The notes beneath the pieces are model-generated. The model saw only the letters and a program-made list of their open reading frames with translations. It did not search any database and was not told where the DNA came from. A stretch of 64,000 nt of DNA from an uncultured Chthonomonadaceae bacterium (GTDB lineage: Bacteria; Armatimonadota; Chthonomonadetes; Chthonomonadales; Chthonomonadaceae). Made by a program: the position numbers and the translations under genes. The stretch lies in contig CAWIEK010000049.1 in the NCBI GenBank assembly GCA_963835065.1, positions 352,001-416,000 of the forward strand, in the 5' to 3' direction. The first letter of the stretch is position 1, and every line of letters starts with the position of its first letter. This document shows, piece by piece, positions 36,581 through 47,571 of the stretch.

Positions 36581-38293
36581 CTACTTTACAACGCATGAAA
36601 CGACGAGAGGCTGGATTGCCTCTTTCACCGTTACCTGAAATCTCTGACTTGCGGCGTTCGCAGGCCCCAAAACATGAAATTGTAAGCAGGCTGAGGTTTT
36701 AGGCGCATCCTCATTTCTATTCACAGCCTCCTGTTCCACTTTGAGGAAAAATTCTGATGGCGTTTGCTGAGATGCCTTCAAGACCCGACTGTCTGGAGCC
36801 AGGCGGCGCAGGGCCTCCATGAGGCCGGGACTGAACTGGCTTAACGGCAAACCCTCTCCCGCTATCGCTTGATGGTCGCCAACCGTTCCTGCCTTATACA
36901 ATTCCAGAAAGTCGGCAAAGGCGCTCTCGTCAACCTCAAATTCGGCGTCCGGCGCGGTTTGCTGCAGCAAAGTGAGTATCTGAGGGCGCGTGAGAGTTGC
37001 CAGAGCATTGAGCGTTTCCGTTCGCAGTTTCCCGGCGCGTACATCGCCTTCCAACTGCCGTCGTACAGGAAGAGGAGGCTCGCATTGACTCAGCATGTAC
37101 CAGAACTGCTGACGAATACAAATGGCTCCGCTTTGTTCCCACCAGACCCTTTGCCAACGCTTGCAGAGATCATCCAGAAACGTGGGGGCATCCGGCGCTT
37201 TAACTCCTCTGACTCGCCGCTCTGCTTTTTCCCGGTCTGAATCGGGAGGAGTGTAGTAGTCGGTGAATACATTTTTACTCAGGCTGCGCTGGAGAATAGA
37301 AACTATGTCTCCCCATTCCTCCGTTACCTGAACCTCGGCGGTTGTTTTTGATACGTCCGAGAAGGCCATGAAACCGGTGGATTGCCCTTGCGCGTCCTCT
37401 GCTTTTACAGGCGTCCGCCTGTTTCCGGCGGCAAAGGCGTAGGGGCTTACGCGCTGCGGAAAACGCGCCGTTTCGATTCCTAACACAGCCTTAACAGCAT
37501 CAACGCCCATAACGTTTGCTTCTACACGCCCACCCCAGGGAGTTGAACGCGCCCGCAAGACCACAGTGCTTTCTCGAACTTTTTCCGGCGTCAGCGTATC
37601 CAGTTTGGCTTTGTATTCAGGAAGTTCCAGAGCATGAGCCTTCAGACGCGCTTCTACAAAGTGAAACAAGGCGTCTTGCGCAGAAGCGTTTAGCTGCCCG
37701 ATTTTAGCAGCAAGATACCCCTGTTCCAATGCGCCCGCAATCTCAGGAGCGGTAAGCGTGGATAGGAACCGCTCTCCCAATGCGGTGCTGATCAGGAAAA
37801 GGGTATTGGGCGCTTCTTGAAGTTTAGCAAGTGTTGTGTCTGCCTTGCGCCGTAAACCCTCTGCCATTCGGTTGAAAGGCTCCATGCGAAGCTGTTCATC
37901 CAGTGCGCGGGTGCTGCGTTTCGTCTGCATCTGTCGGGCGTGTGGCGTGTGCGCGCTTCCAATTTCTACCCACGTAAACGCAAATAAAGCAGCCACTCCC
38001 TCCAGAAAGGCGCTTGCGCTCCCTCGAAAGGCGATGGCGACGCGCTCATTGGAAATATCCTGCGACACGCTCAACTTCCAAGGGGTGAGTGGACTGACAC
38101 GCGCGACGACTTCTCCTAGAGTTTGTCCATAAGCGCGTACTTCGATGAGAGCAGAAGCAACCGGTTCAGCCACATCCTGGGCCATCGTCTCTCCAATTGA
38201 ATCCAGGCAGAACAAGCCGGCAAATGTGGCTTGGAGCAGGCGCCGCCTTGTTTGCGGAGTATCAGAAAAACATGGCTGCTGTTTTCGTCTCAT
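36581..38293 (-). CDS. Hypothetical exported protein (Tat-like leader)
   Basis: 570-aa ORF; TRRRLL followed by a hydrophobic stretch; GGAGG RBS. Confidence 0.65.
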   Translation of the reverse strand: MRRKQQPCFSDTPQTRRRLLQATFAGLFCLDSIGETMAQDVAEPVASALIEVRAYGQTLGEVVARVSPLTPWKLSVSQDISNERVAIAFRGSASAFLEGVAALFAFTWVEIGSAHTPHARQMQTKRSTRALDEQLRMEPFNRMAEGLRRKADTTLAKLQEAPNTLFLISTALGERFLSTLTAPEIAGALEQGYLAAKIGQLNASAQDALFHFVEARLKAHALELPEYKAKLDTLTPEKVRESTVVLRARSTPWGGRVEANVMGVDAVKAVLGIETARFPQRVSPYAFAAGNRRTPVKAEDAQGQSTGFMAFSDVSKTTAEVQVTEEWGDIVSILQRSLSKNVFTDYYTPPDSDREKAERRVRGVKAPDAPTFLDDLCKRWQRVWWEQSGAICIRQQFWYMLSQCEPPLPVRRQLEGDVRAGKLRTETLNALATLTRPQILTLLQQTAPDAEFEVDESAFADFLELYKAGTVGDHQAIAGEGLPLSQFSPGLMEALRRLAPDSRVLKASQQTPSEFFLKVEQEAVNRNEDAPKTSACLQFHVLGPANAASQRFQVTVKEAIQPLVVSCVVK

Positions 38294-38329
38294 GCGGATT
38301 GCTCACCCTCCACACCTCGCCATCATAAT

Positions 38330-38710
38330 CTAGCCGTCCAGATGCTGTTTGCCAGGTTCCGTGTTTGACGAAACAAGTTCCACGCGATGCCCGTCCGGGT
38401 CTTCCACAACCGCCCGCCTGCCCCATTCCGAATCCGCAGGTTCCGTAACAATCTTTATGCCCGCAACCATTAATTCTCTTGCCAGGTTGTCAACATCTTT
38501 AACACGAAACCCTAGCCGTACAGAAGCCGTGCTGTCTTTATCACTTCGGCGCGGATATATCTCAAATACACAGCCGTTTGCTTCGCAGGCGTAATGTTCG
38601 GGGCCGTTGCCGTGACGGTGTTTCGTGAATGTCAGGCCGAGTGACCAGTAGAACTGTGCCGAGCGTTCCATATCGTCAGACCAGATTACGATGAGGTTCA
38701 ACTCTGGCAT
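38330..38710 (-). CDS. VOC/glyoxalase-family protein
   Basis: LNLIVI..DMERSAQFY, HGNGPEHY, LGFRV, WGRRAVVEDPDGHRVEL. Confidence 0.88.
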   Translation of the reverse strand: MPELNLIVIWSDDMERSAQFYWSLGLTFTKHRHGNGPEHYACEANGCVFEIYPRRSDKDSTASVRLGFRVKDVDNLARELMVAGIKIVTEPADSEWGRRAVVEDPDGHRVELVSSNTEPGKQHLDG

Positions 38711-38732
38711 TCCGTTAGTTTCTCGTTTCCAT

Positions 38733-39416
38733 CTACTTTGTACCCAGGCCATTCAGCAGTTGTTGCGCGCGGCTTTGAATATCAGCGTAAACGTCTCCAT
38801 AGGGTGTTGGTTGAGACAGGCTTGCCAGAACCGTCAGCGCTTCCCGGCTTGTCATTACAGTAGGGTTGGCAATCAACAAGTCGGCAGTCTGTGTTCCCTC
38901 CACGCGCTGCGCCACTTTAACCAGCGCTTCTATAGGAACGTCGGGATTGCCTGCAAGAGTGTTCAGATACTGAGAGTAGGAAAAGCCACTCGTTTTCTTT
39001 ATTTTGTCGAACACGCTATCTGCGTACAAACGGATGTCTGAGGCATCGAAGTGGTAACTGTCCTGTCCATACGGCGCCTTACCATAGCTGTAATCAGCAT
39101 TGAATTTCAGGAACCCGATCTTGCTGCCGTTGCGCACACCTGACAAGTAAGAATAGAAGCAGCCGCTCGGGCAATCCTGTCCCGGTCCGTAAGCAACCGT
39201 GAACAATTCGGCGGTTTGCCCGTCGCTCAGTTCTACAATGCGCAATTTCTGCATCTGCGGCAACTGCTGCCCGTTCACGTACCGCGTAATTTGACTCTGC
39301 ACAGAGTTGGGACTGTCGCCGCCCCCACAGCCTGCGAGACAAACAAGCAAAGCCAGGCTGCTGACAGTCATTTTCATGGATGTTGCATGAAATGTTGAAC
39401 GGCGAGATGTGAACAT
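38733..39416 (-). CDS. Putative lipoprotein
   Basis: LAGC lipobox after a hydrophobic stretch; DCPSGC motif. Confidence 0.7.
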   Translation of the reverse strand: MFTSRRSTFHATSMKMTVSSLALLVCLAGCGGGDSPNSVQSQITRYVNGQQLPQMQKLRIVELSDGQTAELFTVAYGPGQDCPSGCFYSYLSGVRNGSKIGFLKFNADYSYGKAPYGQDSYHFDASDIRLYADSVFDKIKKTSGFSYSQYLNTLAGNPDVPIEALVKVAQRVEGTQTADLLIANPTVMTSREALTVLASLSQPTPYGDVYADIQSRAQQLLNGLGTK

Positions 39417-39477
39417 AAACGATTCTCCCAGGGGGCTGTGAACTATTTGCGACCTATGGGGGTTGACGCCTGAAAGT

Positions 39478-40395
39478 CTAACGCAAGCGAGTGCAGCGCA
39501 AGCCTTCGGCATATCGGACGTGAAGCAGGCTGCCGTATTGTTCCGCGCTATGGGCAACAAAGCCTTCTATGCGCCGCAGTTTTTCGCCGCCGAATTGACT
39601 TTTGTGGAGGGCAAGCAGGTCGCGCTTGGACTGCCATTGATCGGTCACGTCAACAGCGAAGTTGGGGGCGATGGTGGAAAAGCGCAGCAGCCATTTCGCG
39701 CCGGGGGTTTGGCGAACGGCCTGTTCCGTCGCGTCACCCGCGTTGCGATGGTCGCGGTGGCTGAGGCGGGGCGGGTACTCGAAATCGAATGCAAGCACGT
39801 ATTCGGGCTGAACGCGCTGCATAACATTGGCGATACGTTGCACAACATCGGGATTGGCAAACAAGCGCCCATCCGGGTAGGAAAGAAATTCTACGGATTG
39901 CGCTTTCCACGCGGCTGCTGCGTCACGCTGCTCCTGCTGCCGAACCCGGCGGTTGCGCTGCCAGTCCTCAAACGGATAATAGCCCTTGTCGCCGTCCGTG
40001 CAGACAACAATCGTCATTTGCGCCCCGGACGCGGCCAATCGGGTCAGCAGGCCGCCGATATAAAATTCCGCGTCGTCCGGGTGCGCGGTGACAATCAGCA
40101 CCTTTGTACCCGGCTGAAACAGCTTTGCGCTGTCCGGGTCTGTCCAGGGGTTGTTTTGCGGCAATGTGCGGGGAATAAAATCATAGCGTTGTGGCTGATA
40201 CTGGTACAAGCCGACCAACACGCCGCTCAAAACCGCCAGCGTTCCCAGGCTCCAGCGCAGCAGGCGCGCGCCCCGTGAACGCGGCTTGCCGTTCGCGGGG
40301 CGGATATTCGACATTCCATCTGCGAGTTCGTTCCCTGCCCCACCAGCCTCTGGTTCCAAATCAACCCTCCTTACTACTCTATCAAGGCAGAACAC
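39478..40395 (-). CDS. PIG-L/LmbE-family deacetylase, membrane-anchored (start uncertain)
   Basis: AHPDDAE, TDGDKG, R..EQ..AA, YPDG.L, HRDH. Confidence 0.88.
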   Translation of the reverse strand: MFCLDRVVRRVDLEPEAGGAGNELADGMSNIRPANGKPRSRGARLLRWSLGTLAVLSGVLVGLYQYQPQRYDFIPRTLPQNNPWTDPDSAKLFQPGTKVLIVTAHPDDAEFYIGGLLTRLAASGAQMTIVVCTDGDKGYYPFEDWQRNRRVRQQEQRDAAAAWKAQSVEFLSYPDGRLFANPDVVQRIANVMQRVQPEYVLAFDFEYPPRLSHRDHRNAGDATEQAVRQTPGAKWLLRFSTIAPNFAVDVTDQWQSKRDLLALHKSQFGGEKLRRIEGFVAHSAEQYGSLLHVRYAEGLRCTRLR

Positions 40396-40585
40396 ATAAA
40401 GTCAAGGCAGGGGTTCTGCTTGCTGAACCCTCCTCAAATACGGGCGCAACAGGACTTAAATCAGGACGCTGCTTGCTGCGCCCCAAACTGCCTACTTTGC
40501 TACGTGGGTAGCTTGGGCTGGCACACTTTCGTCATTATCCTGTGGCGCAATAATCTCGTGGCGTTGAACAGACAGTCTTAGATCA

Positions 40586-40903
40586 TCAGCCGCGTCGGAT
40601 ACCATTGGATACGGGCTTGCGTCTTCCAGGTTCTCTTCTGGCCCCTAATGTCCATGTTATCAGAATAATTGCGCCATACAGGAGGCCAAGACCTATCTGG
40701 TTCCCGTCCCATAGATTGGCTTTAGCAACGGCAGCGCGGCCATAGATGCTTTGCAGATACATAAAGGCGCAAATGATGAGGGCGAGTGTGCCAATCAGAA
40801 ATGTAGCAAAAACAGATAGGAACGTGAGCGCGTTGCCACGCGCATTCTCCAGCTTGGGAGCAGACATACTCAATTTCTCATGATTGCTTGCCTGATTTAT
40901 CAT
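40586..40903 (-). CDS. Small hypothetical membrane protein
   Basis: Two hydrophobic segments; overlaps the upstream ORF. Confidence 0.55.
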   Translation of the reverse strand: MINQASNHEKLSMSAPKLENARGNALTFLSVFATFLIGTLALIICAFMYLQSIYGRAAVAKANLWDGNQIGLGLLYGAIILITWTLGARREPGRRKPVSNGIRRG

Positions 40904-41384
40904 GATCGTCTTCTTTCTTTCCCTTGCCTAAATAGGCCACTGCCGCGTCGCGCGCTTCGGGCGATACACTGGCGAGGCTCAATGCCGACATCACCAACCC
41001 CGGAATAATCCATGCCACGCCGCCTGTCACCGCGCCAAAAACAAGCAGCCCGATCCCTGTTGCCGTACCTACGCCTGACATTGCGGCTTTGAAAACGAAG
41101 GCGCGATTGGCTTCTCTATGTACCTGTTCCGTTGCTTCTTGTGCCTGTTGTTGCTCGGCAAGACTTTGGCGGAACTTCAACAACTCCTGCGGCGATAATT
41201 CCTCAAGCAGGCGTTGGTCTATCTGCGTGAGCAGCGTCTCCTCACGAGGCAGTGGTTCAAGCCTTTCAGCAGGGGCTACAGAAGTGGGTGGCTCCACGAC
41301 TTCAAGAGCATTGTTGCGCTCCTTTAATTGGGCGTTTTCTGCTGCCAGTTGGGCATTTTCTGATGTCAGCCTTGCAAGCTGCAT
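40878..41384 (-). CDS. Hypothetical coiled-coil plus two-TM protein
   Basis: ENAQL heptad repeat, Q-rich helix, Gly-rich TM hairpin. Confidence 0.6.
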   Translation of the reverse strand: MQLARLTSENAQLAAENAQLKERNNALEVVEPPTSVAPAERLEPLPREETLLTQIDQRLLEELSPQELLKFRQSLAEQQQAQEATEQVHREANRAFVFKAAMSGVGTATGIGLLVFGAVTGGVAWIIPGLVMSALSLASVSPEARDAAVAYLGKGKKEDDHDKSGKQS

Positions 41385-41509
41385 TTGAAGGGGTTGGGTA
41401 TCGTGTTCTTCTCCCTTCGAATCGTGTTTGCGTCATCAAATCAGTCCTTGCCGTTGCGGAACCCGGCGGCGTTGATCTTGCTCTACGAAATAAACTCCTT
41501 TATTTCTCC

Positions 41510-44500
41510 TCAATTCACATAAATGAACTCGTTCGCCGCCAGCAGCACCTGACACAGAGATTGCCACGCTTTTGTCTGACGCTTGGCGGCATCAGGCGTG
41601 GAAGCCGTCAGCGCATCAGCATACCGGCTCAGGAACGCGGTCGCATTGGCGATTTCGGCGGCGGTTGCCGAACGCGAATAGGCTTTGCGGTAAGCGTGAT
41701 TGATGCGCTCCCCATCCGTACTGCCGGATTTCAGCGCGTCCTGCGCGAACGCCATTGCCTGCTCCTGCACAAACGGGCTGTTCATCACGAACAGCGCTTG
41801 CGGCGACACCGTTGTTGTCGAGCGGCGGGCGTTCACCATCGAAGGATCGCCCATATCGAACGCCTGAAACATATCGAACAGGGCATTGCGGATTATCGGC
41901 AGATAAACGCTGCGGCGCGGCGCGTTGTACTGCGCGGCGTTGCCCGACTGGTCGTTGGTCACATAGTCGTTGTTGCGGGTTGTCAGCAGCGAACCGCCCG
42001 GTTTCAGGTCCAGCTTGCCCGCCACAAACAGCAGGCTGTCCCGGAACGGCTCGGCTTCCAGACGCCTGCGGGTGAAATGCGACAGCAGCTTGTTGTCCGG
42101 GTCGGCAAGCGCGGCTTTCGGGTCGGTATCGGTACTCATCTGGTATGCGCTCGACAGCATAATGATGCGGTGCATCTGCTTGATAGACCAGCCCTTTTCC
42201 ACAAACGTCGCCGCCAGCCAGTCCAGCAGTTCGGGATGCGTGGGCTTTTCGCTCAACAATCCGAAGTTTTCCGGGGTGCGAACGATGCCCTGCCCGAAAT
42301 GCTCCTGCCATACGCGGTTGATTTCCACGCGGCTAGTCAGGGGGTTGTCGGGGCGGGTAATCCATTGCGCCAGTTCCAATCTTCCGCTGCGCTTGTCGTC
42401 TACAATCTGCTTGTCGCCGTCTAATACCACGCTCAAAAAGTGGCGCGGAACCTCATCGCCCAGGGTTTGCGTGTTGCCGCGCAGATGAACCCGGCAGTTT
42501 TCGATTTTGCCTTCTTCCACCGCCAGCGCCTTCGGAACCTCCGTCATGGTCGCTTTCGCGTCGTCAACGGCCTTCTGCTTGTCGTTGAGGTTTTTGGCTA
42601 CGCTCGTGGGATGAAATGTATACGGGTTGGCGGGGATCGCCAGCAGGCCGTTTTTGGTTGTCAGCGCGGTATTCAGCGCGGCCAGTTGATTGCCGTTTGC
42701 TTTTTCCGCGCCCGCAAAAACTTCCTGATACTTCGCGGCTACCTGCTCCAAATTGGCGGGCGCGAATCCGGCGAACGCCTGTATGATCGCAGGGTCTGCG
42801 TGGGCATCCGCCAGTTGACCCGCAATCATGGGCGCGTTTTGGGCAAAGCGGTCAACAGGGATGTGGGCGTAGCGGACGAACGCGCCCAGTATCGGGTCAT
42901 TCTGCGCCACGCGCAGCCGCCCCGCCCACACCCGAACCAGAGCCGGGTTGAGATGGCCGGCCTGCGCGATCTGATCCAGACTGCGAACAGGTTTGCCACC
43001 CCGCCCATTTTCGGTTTCCGCCAGGACGAGCATCAGCTTGTCAATGTGGGGAATGTCGCCGTTGTTTTCGATGCGGATGGTGTTTTTGCCCGCCGCCAGC
43101 GAATACACGCCCTGCACTTCCCATTTCTGGCCGTCCGGGAACCAGCTTCCCGTCACGCTGCCTGCCGCGCGCTCATTGGCGACCTTGCCGTTCAGCAGCA
43201 GCTTGATGGGCCGCGACTGCATGGCCGCGTAGCGCATTTCTATCTGATAATTGCCGGCTTTTTTGACGTTGATGTCCCATTCGGCAAACGTCGGCACGAC
43301 AACCGTATGGATAATCGCCGATGCCCTTGCCATACCCGTCGAAATCGCGGTTGGCGTTGCCCCGGTCAAATTTTTCCGCTTCCACGAACAGCCGCGTATC
43401 GTTGGGCTGCGCGGGCAGTTCCGCCAGCGATTGGACACCGGGCTGCTGCGCCACTTCCCATCCCGCCAGCAGGTATTTGGCAAGATTGGCGCGCTGATCG
43501 GCAATCAAGTCCCGGTTCGCTTTCACGGTTTCGCGCTTCAGGTCGTCTTCCAGCGCCTTTACCTTGCGCTGCTGTTCTTCCGCCTGCGCTTTGGCAGCCT
43601 CGCTGACAAGAGGCCGCTCATTGCAGCGGGCAACCGTGTTCAGCGTTTCCATCGTGCGCGTACTCTTGAAAATACCGGCAAGCGCGTAATAATCTTTGGT
43701 GGGAATGGGATCGAATTTGTGGTCATGGCAGCGGGCGCAGGCAACCGTCAGGCCCAAAAACGCCTTGCTCGTGACTTCGATCTGCTCGTCCACGATGTCC
43801 ATGACCATTTTCGGCTTGTCGGGTTCGGCAAGCACTTTCGGGGCCGAGGGAGAGAAAGCCGGTCGCCGTCAAATGCTCGTTGCGCTCCTCGTCCGTGCTT
43901 GCGGGCAACAGGTCGCCGGCAAGCTGTTCGCGTATCAGTTGGTCATAAGGCTTGTCTTTGTTGAAGGCGTTGATGATGTAATCGCGGTAGCGAAAAGCAT
44001 TGCCGAAGGCGGTATTTTCGTCCAGCCCGTTGCTGTCGGCGTAGCGGGCCACGTCCAGCCAGTGCCGCCCCCACCGCTCGCCATACTGCGGACTCGCAAG
44101 CAGCCTGTCCACCACTTTGGCAAAAGCATTGGGCGATTTGTCGGCAAGAAAAGCGTCCACATCGGCGGGCGTCGGCGGCAGGCCGATAAGATCGAAATAA
44201 GCGCGGCGAATCAAGTCTTTTTTGGCAGCGGGAAGCGCAGGCTTCAGCCCCTTCGCTTCCATCCCGGCAAGAATAAACCTGTCAATCGGAGACTGACACC
44301 ACGCGCTGTTCTTCACGGCAGGCAACGCAGGCTTCCCAAACGGCTTGAAAGGCCACGTGTTCTTGTCCTTCGCCGAAACAATCTTCTCCGGCTTTCCACC
44401 AGTCACGCCACTGTTCCCTGTTCCCTGTTCCCTGTTCCCTTCCTTCGGCCAGGGTGCGCCCATCTTAACCCACGCGGTCAGGGCGGCGATTTCTTCCGCG

Positions 44501-44856
44501 CGCAATTTGCCCGCCGGGGGCATTTTCACTTTGCCGTCGTAGCTGAGAACATGCAGGAGGACGCTTTTTTCGGGGTCGCCGGGAACCAGCGCGGGGCCAT
44601 GCGCGTTGCCTTTGAGCAGGCCGTCCAGCGAGTCGAGGCTGAGGTCGGCGCGGGCTTTACTGCCGCTGTGGCAGCTATAGCAGTTGTTGACCAGAACCGG
44701 CCGCACCTTGCTTTCAAAGAACAACGCCTGCTGCGGCGTAATGGAAGTTGCCAGTGCCGGTTTTTCCTGCCGCGCCTGTACGCCCGTCACTCCCAACGCC
44801 ACCAACGCGCCCATGCTCCCGATGCCGATACCTGCCGTTCGTCGTATGCCTGTCAT
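41510..44856 (-). CDS. Planctomycete-type cytochrome c / DUF1549 / CBM-like / DUF1553 protein, two apparent +1 frameshifts (near 43845 and 43320)
   Basis: [59 protein letters not shown] spread over three overlapping ORFs. Confidence 0.88.
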
Positions 44857-44984
44857 GCCTTCTCCCGCCAACTGTAATCGCGCCCAAATCGTTGCTAATA
44901 CTATACCATGCGACACAATTTTACGCCGATTGTTACCGGAAAGATGAAGGAGGACAACCGCAAAACACGCAAAACAAACGAAAA
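44835..44984. repeat. About 150-bp direct repeat, copy 1 (copy 2 at 45827-45978), flanking a vapBC module
   Basis: CCGTTCGTCGTATGCCTGTCATGCCTTCTCCCGCCAACT…CAAAACAAACGAAAA in both copies. Confidence 0.85.
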
Positions 44985-45100
44985 GAAGACATCCACTCCC
45001 TTCGTTGTACTGGCAACAAACACCCCTCCAACAAGTTGGAGGGGTGTTTGGATGGGAAGATAAAGGACGTTTTCTTTCGTTCGGCAGAAGCGACTTGGCG

Positions 45101-45511
45101 TCAGGGAACGACTTCAAAAGCGCCGGTCAGATGGATACGATAGGCGCGGAAATGATGGTCTATCGTGAACACGCGCGACAGGTTCAGGCTCTCCGCAACG
45201 GCGACAAGCGAAGCATCCGCTAAATCCATCGGTGTATCCTGGTATTGCTGCATGAGTGCGTCCATACGGTCGGCTCCCGCACTGGTGAGTTCATGCACAA
45301 CAACAATTCCTTTGCGCCGCAGTTGCCAAAGCGATTCCTGGGCACGATAGCCACCTTCTCTGTGTAGTAGGTACATGGCTTCGGTAAAACAAGGCCAGGT
45401 GGTGAGCAGCGGCGACTTGGGCAGCGTTTTAGCGGCGGCAACACAGCGGAGATGGTCGGGGTCATTTTTATCCGCAATGGCAACGAGCGGGCCGGTGTCC
45501 GTCAGGTTCAC
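45101..45511 (-). CDS. vapC: PIN-domain (VapC) toxin
   Basis: LTDTGPLVA, TEAMYLL, MDLADASLVAVAE, TIDHHF. Confidence 0.9.
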   Translation of the reverse strand: MNLTDTGPLVAIADKNDPDHLRCVAAAKTLPKSPLLTTWPCFTEAMYLLHREGGYRAQESLWQLRRKGIVVVHELTSAGADRMDALMQQYQDTPMDLADASLVAVAESLNLSRVFTIDHHFRAYRIHLTGAFEVVP

Positions 45512-45777
45512 AAGGTTCCCTCACTGTGTTTCTTCACAACGTGTTCCGCGAAGAGTTCACTGACTCGCGCAGCATTGTTTGCGCCGCTGCCTTCCACACA
45601 GCCGACGTAATCCCCCAATAGATCGTAGAGCGATCCCGTTTCGAGCGCGTTGACATTCGGCTCGTTCTCTGTATCTGTTACAGGCAGGGGAATGAGCCGG
45701 AAACGCTCTGACGGAAACTGTTCGAGAAGACGTTTAAGTTCCTCGCCTGTTCCTTCTAATATCTGAGATTGTGCCAT
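45508..45777 (-). CDS. Putative antitoxin (VapB-like)
   Basis: Small ORF with GTGA overlap to vapC; GGAGG RBS. Confidence 0.7.
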   Translation of the reverse strand: MAQSQILEGTGEELKRLLEQFPSERFRLIPLPVTDTENEPNVNALETGSLYDLLGDYVGCVEGSGANNAARVSELFAEHVVKKHSEGTL

Positions 45778-45826
45778 TGTTGTCCTTACCTCCGGCTTTC
45801 CCATTCGCATACGCTACTTACGCGCA

Positions 45827-45978
45827 CCGTTCGTCGTATGCCTGTCATGCCTTCTCCCGCCAACTCGTAATCGCGCCCAATCGTTACTTACTACTATACC
45901 ATGCGACACAATTTCACGCCGATTGTTACCGCAAACATGAGGAATGCCAAACCGCAAAACACACAAAACAAACGAAAA
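45827..45978. repeat. About 150-bp direct repeat, copy 2
   Basis: Matches 44835-44984. Confidence 0.85.
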
Positions 45979-46009
45979 ATGACAGCAATCTGCTTCTTGC
46001 CAGTTCTTT

Positions 46010-46680
46010 CAACCTATTTCAACATAGTCTTTGAATTCCAATCGAGATTGGCAGGCATTGCACGTTCCAGAGCCGCCATACGCCTCCCGGTAAAATCGTC
46101 AACGTCCATATAGACGTCCTCACTGAGACAAAACGGACAATATGTTTTCAGGTAGGCATATGGTTCAGAAACACAATTCCAGGTAAAATCTCTCTCAACA
46201 AAACTCCTCTGTTCAATGCAAGAGAATGTATTTACCGCAGACTAATAGACCCGTTCATCCAGTTTCTGCACCACAGCCTCCAATTGCGCCGCGTCGCTCC
46301 AGGCGGCGTAGGCACAGCGTACGCCGCGCTGTAACTGTCATAGGCTTTGTATGTATCGTCCGCAAGGTTTCACCCACATGGTCAATTGCATCACATTGCC
46401 AGCCAAAGCGAATGGGCATTCTCTTACGAAACATATCAATAATCTGAGTAAGAACCTTCTCAGGATGGGTCGGCAGAAACGTAAACCACTCGTCACCCCC
46501 ATATCTTTCGACAAGTTCACTGTTGCCGATACATTGTCGCAATAAAGCATCGAACTCAGTAATTTCCTGATCTCCTCGCAGATGTCCAAGAAACACATTA
46601 CGCCGTTTCAAATCCGCCAGATCAAAGAAAGCGAGATAGCCCGGCATCAAAGATGCCCATTTCAGGATAGATAAAGACAT
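46010..46680 (-). pseudogene. Degenerate GGDEF-like protein with a downstream CPFC-containing fragment
   Basis: FFDLADLK..N..LGHLRGD…RYGGDEW; frame breaks near 46320. Confidence 0.5.
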
Positions 46681-46887
46681 TACCTTACCTTACCTCGAGA
46701 GAACAAGTGACGTGTTGTTCAATAACAACAATTCTGTTTTTACAATAATTTATTTAGCCAAAATTTTTTCTCAATGAATTGTATTAATACTATCCATTTT
46801 CGCGCTTCCTATTTGCTTACTCGAAGCGCTTTCTGACCGATGCTCTTTCCGCTTCTTCGTCGGTTGAGTATCGTTCTCGCCATAAAT

Positions 46888-47304
46888 CTACGAGATCAGG
46901 TAGACAAACGCTATCGCCATCAATACCTCCCGAATGTATAGACAGCAGGCGTAATCGTATAGCTGGAATGGACAGAATGACGTTGAGAGGCCAAACAAGG
47001 ATTCTGCCGACGATTTTTCAGAAATGTGTGTTCTGCTGCTTTTACGCCAGCCGGACAATCTTTGGTCAAAATCGTTCCGTCTTGTCGTCTGTAAAAGCGT
47101 ACACACATATGACCTTCATGCTCTTCAACTAGTTTTACGGCATCTCGTCGGCTCATCTCAGAAAGATTATAGACATTCAAATTGCATTTTCGGCAATGAT
47201 GTATGCGGTCACCTTCTACTTTTCGCATGTTATTCCATAACTCACGGCAGGGCTTCGCAGACACGGATACTATTGAGGTCCGTAAACTTAATATCTTCAG
47301 CCAT
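46888..47304 (-). pseudogene. Cys-motif hypothetical protein (PC..W..M.…HC..C…VYNLS…CVRFYRR.DG), frameshifted
   Basis: ATG at 47304 is out of frame with the conserved-looking part because of one extra base near 47260. Confidence 0.5.
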
Positions 47305-47571
47305 TTCCCTTTTCCTGTCTCCTATGCGAGAACGCACGTTCCATAACCTCTCCACACCATTTAAGTAAGATCAGAGTATGCGGGTAGGAAAGTTTCATAC
47401 GAGTCGTTCTTACGCCAGATGCGTTTTCACTGCCGTAGGAGGAGGCGTGGTCTGCGGCAATGCCGGCAGTTTCATGTAAAGACTGCTGCCCTCGTCGCGC
47501 AGATCATACCCTGCATCGAAGGGATCGCCCTCAATAGTATAGTCTCACATCACAACGCCATAGTTTCGGGT

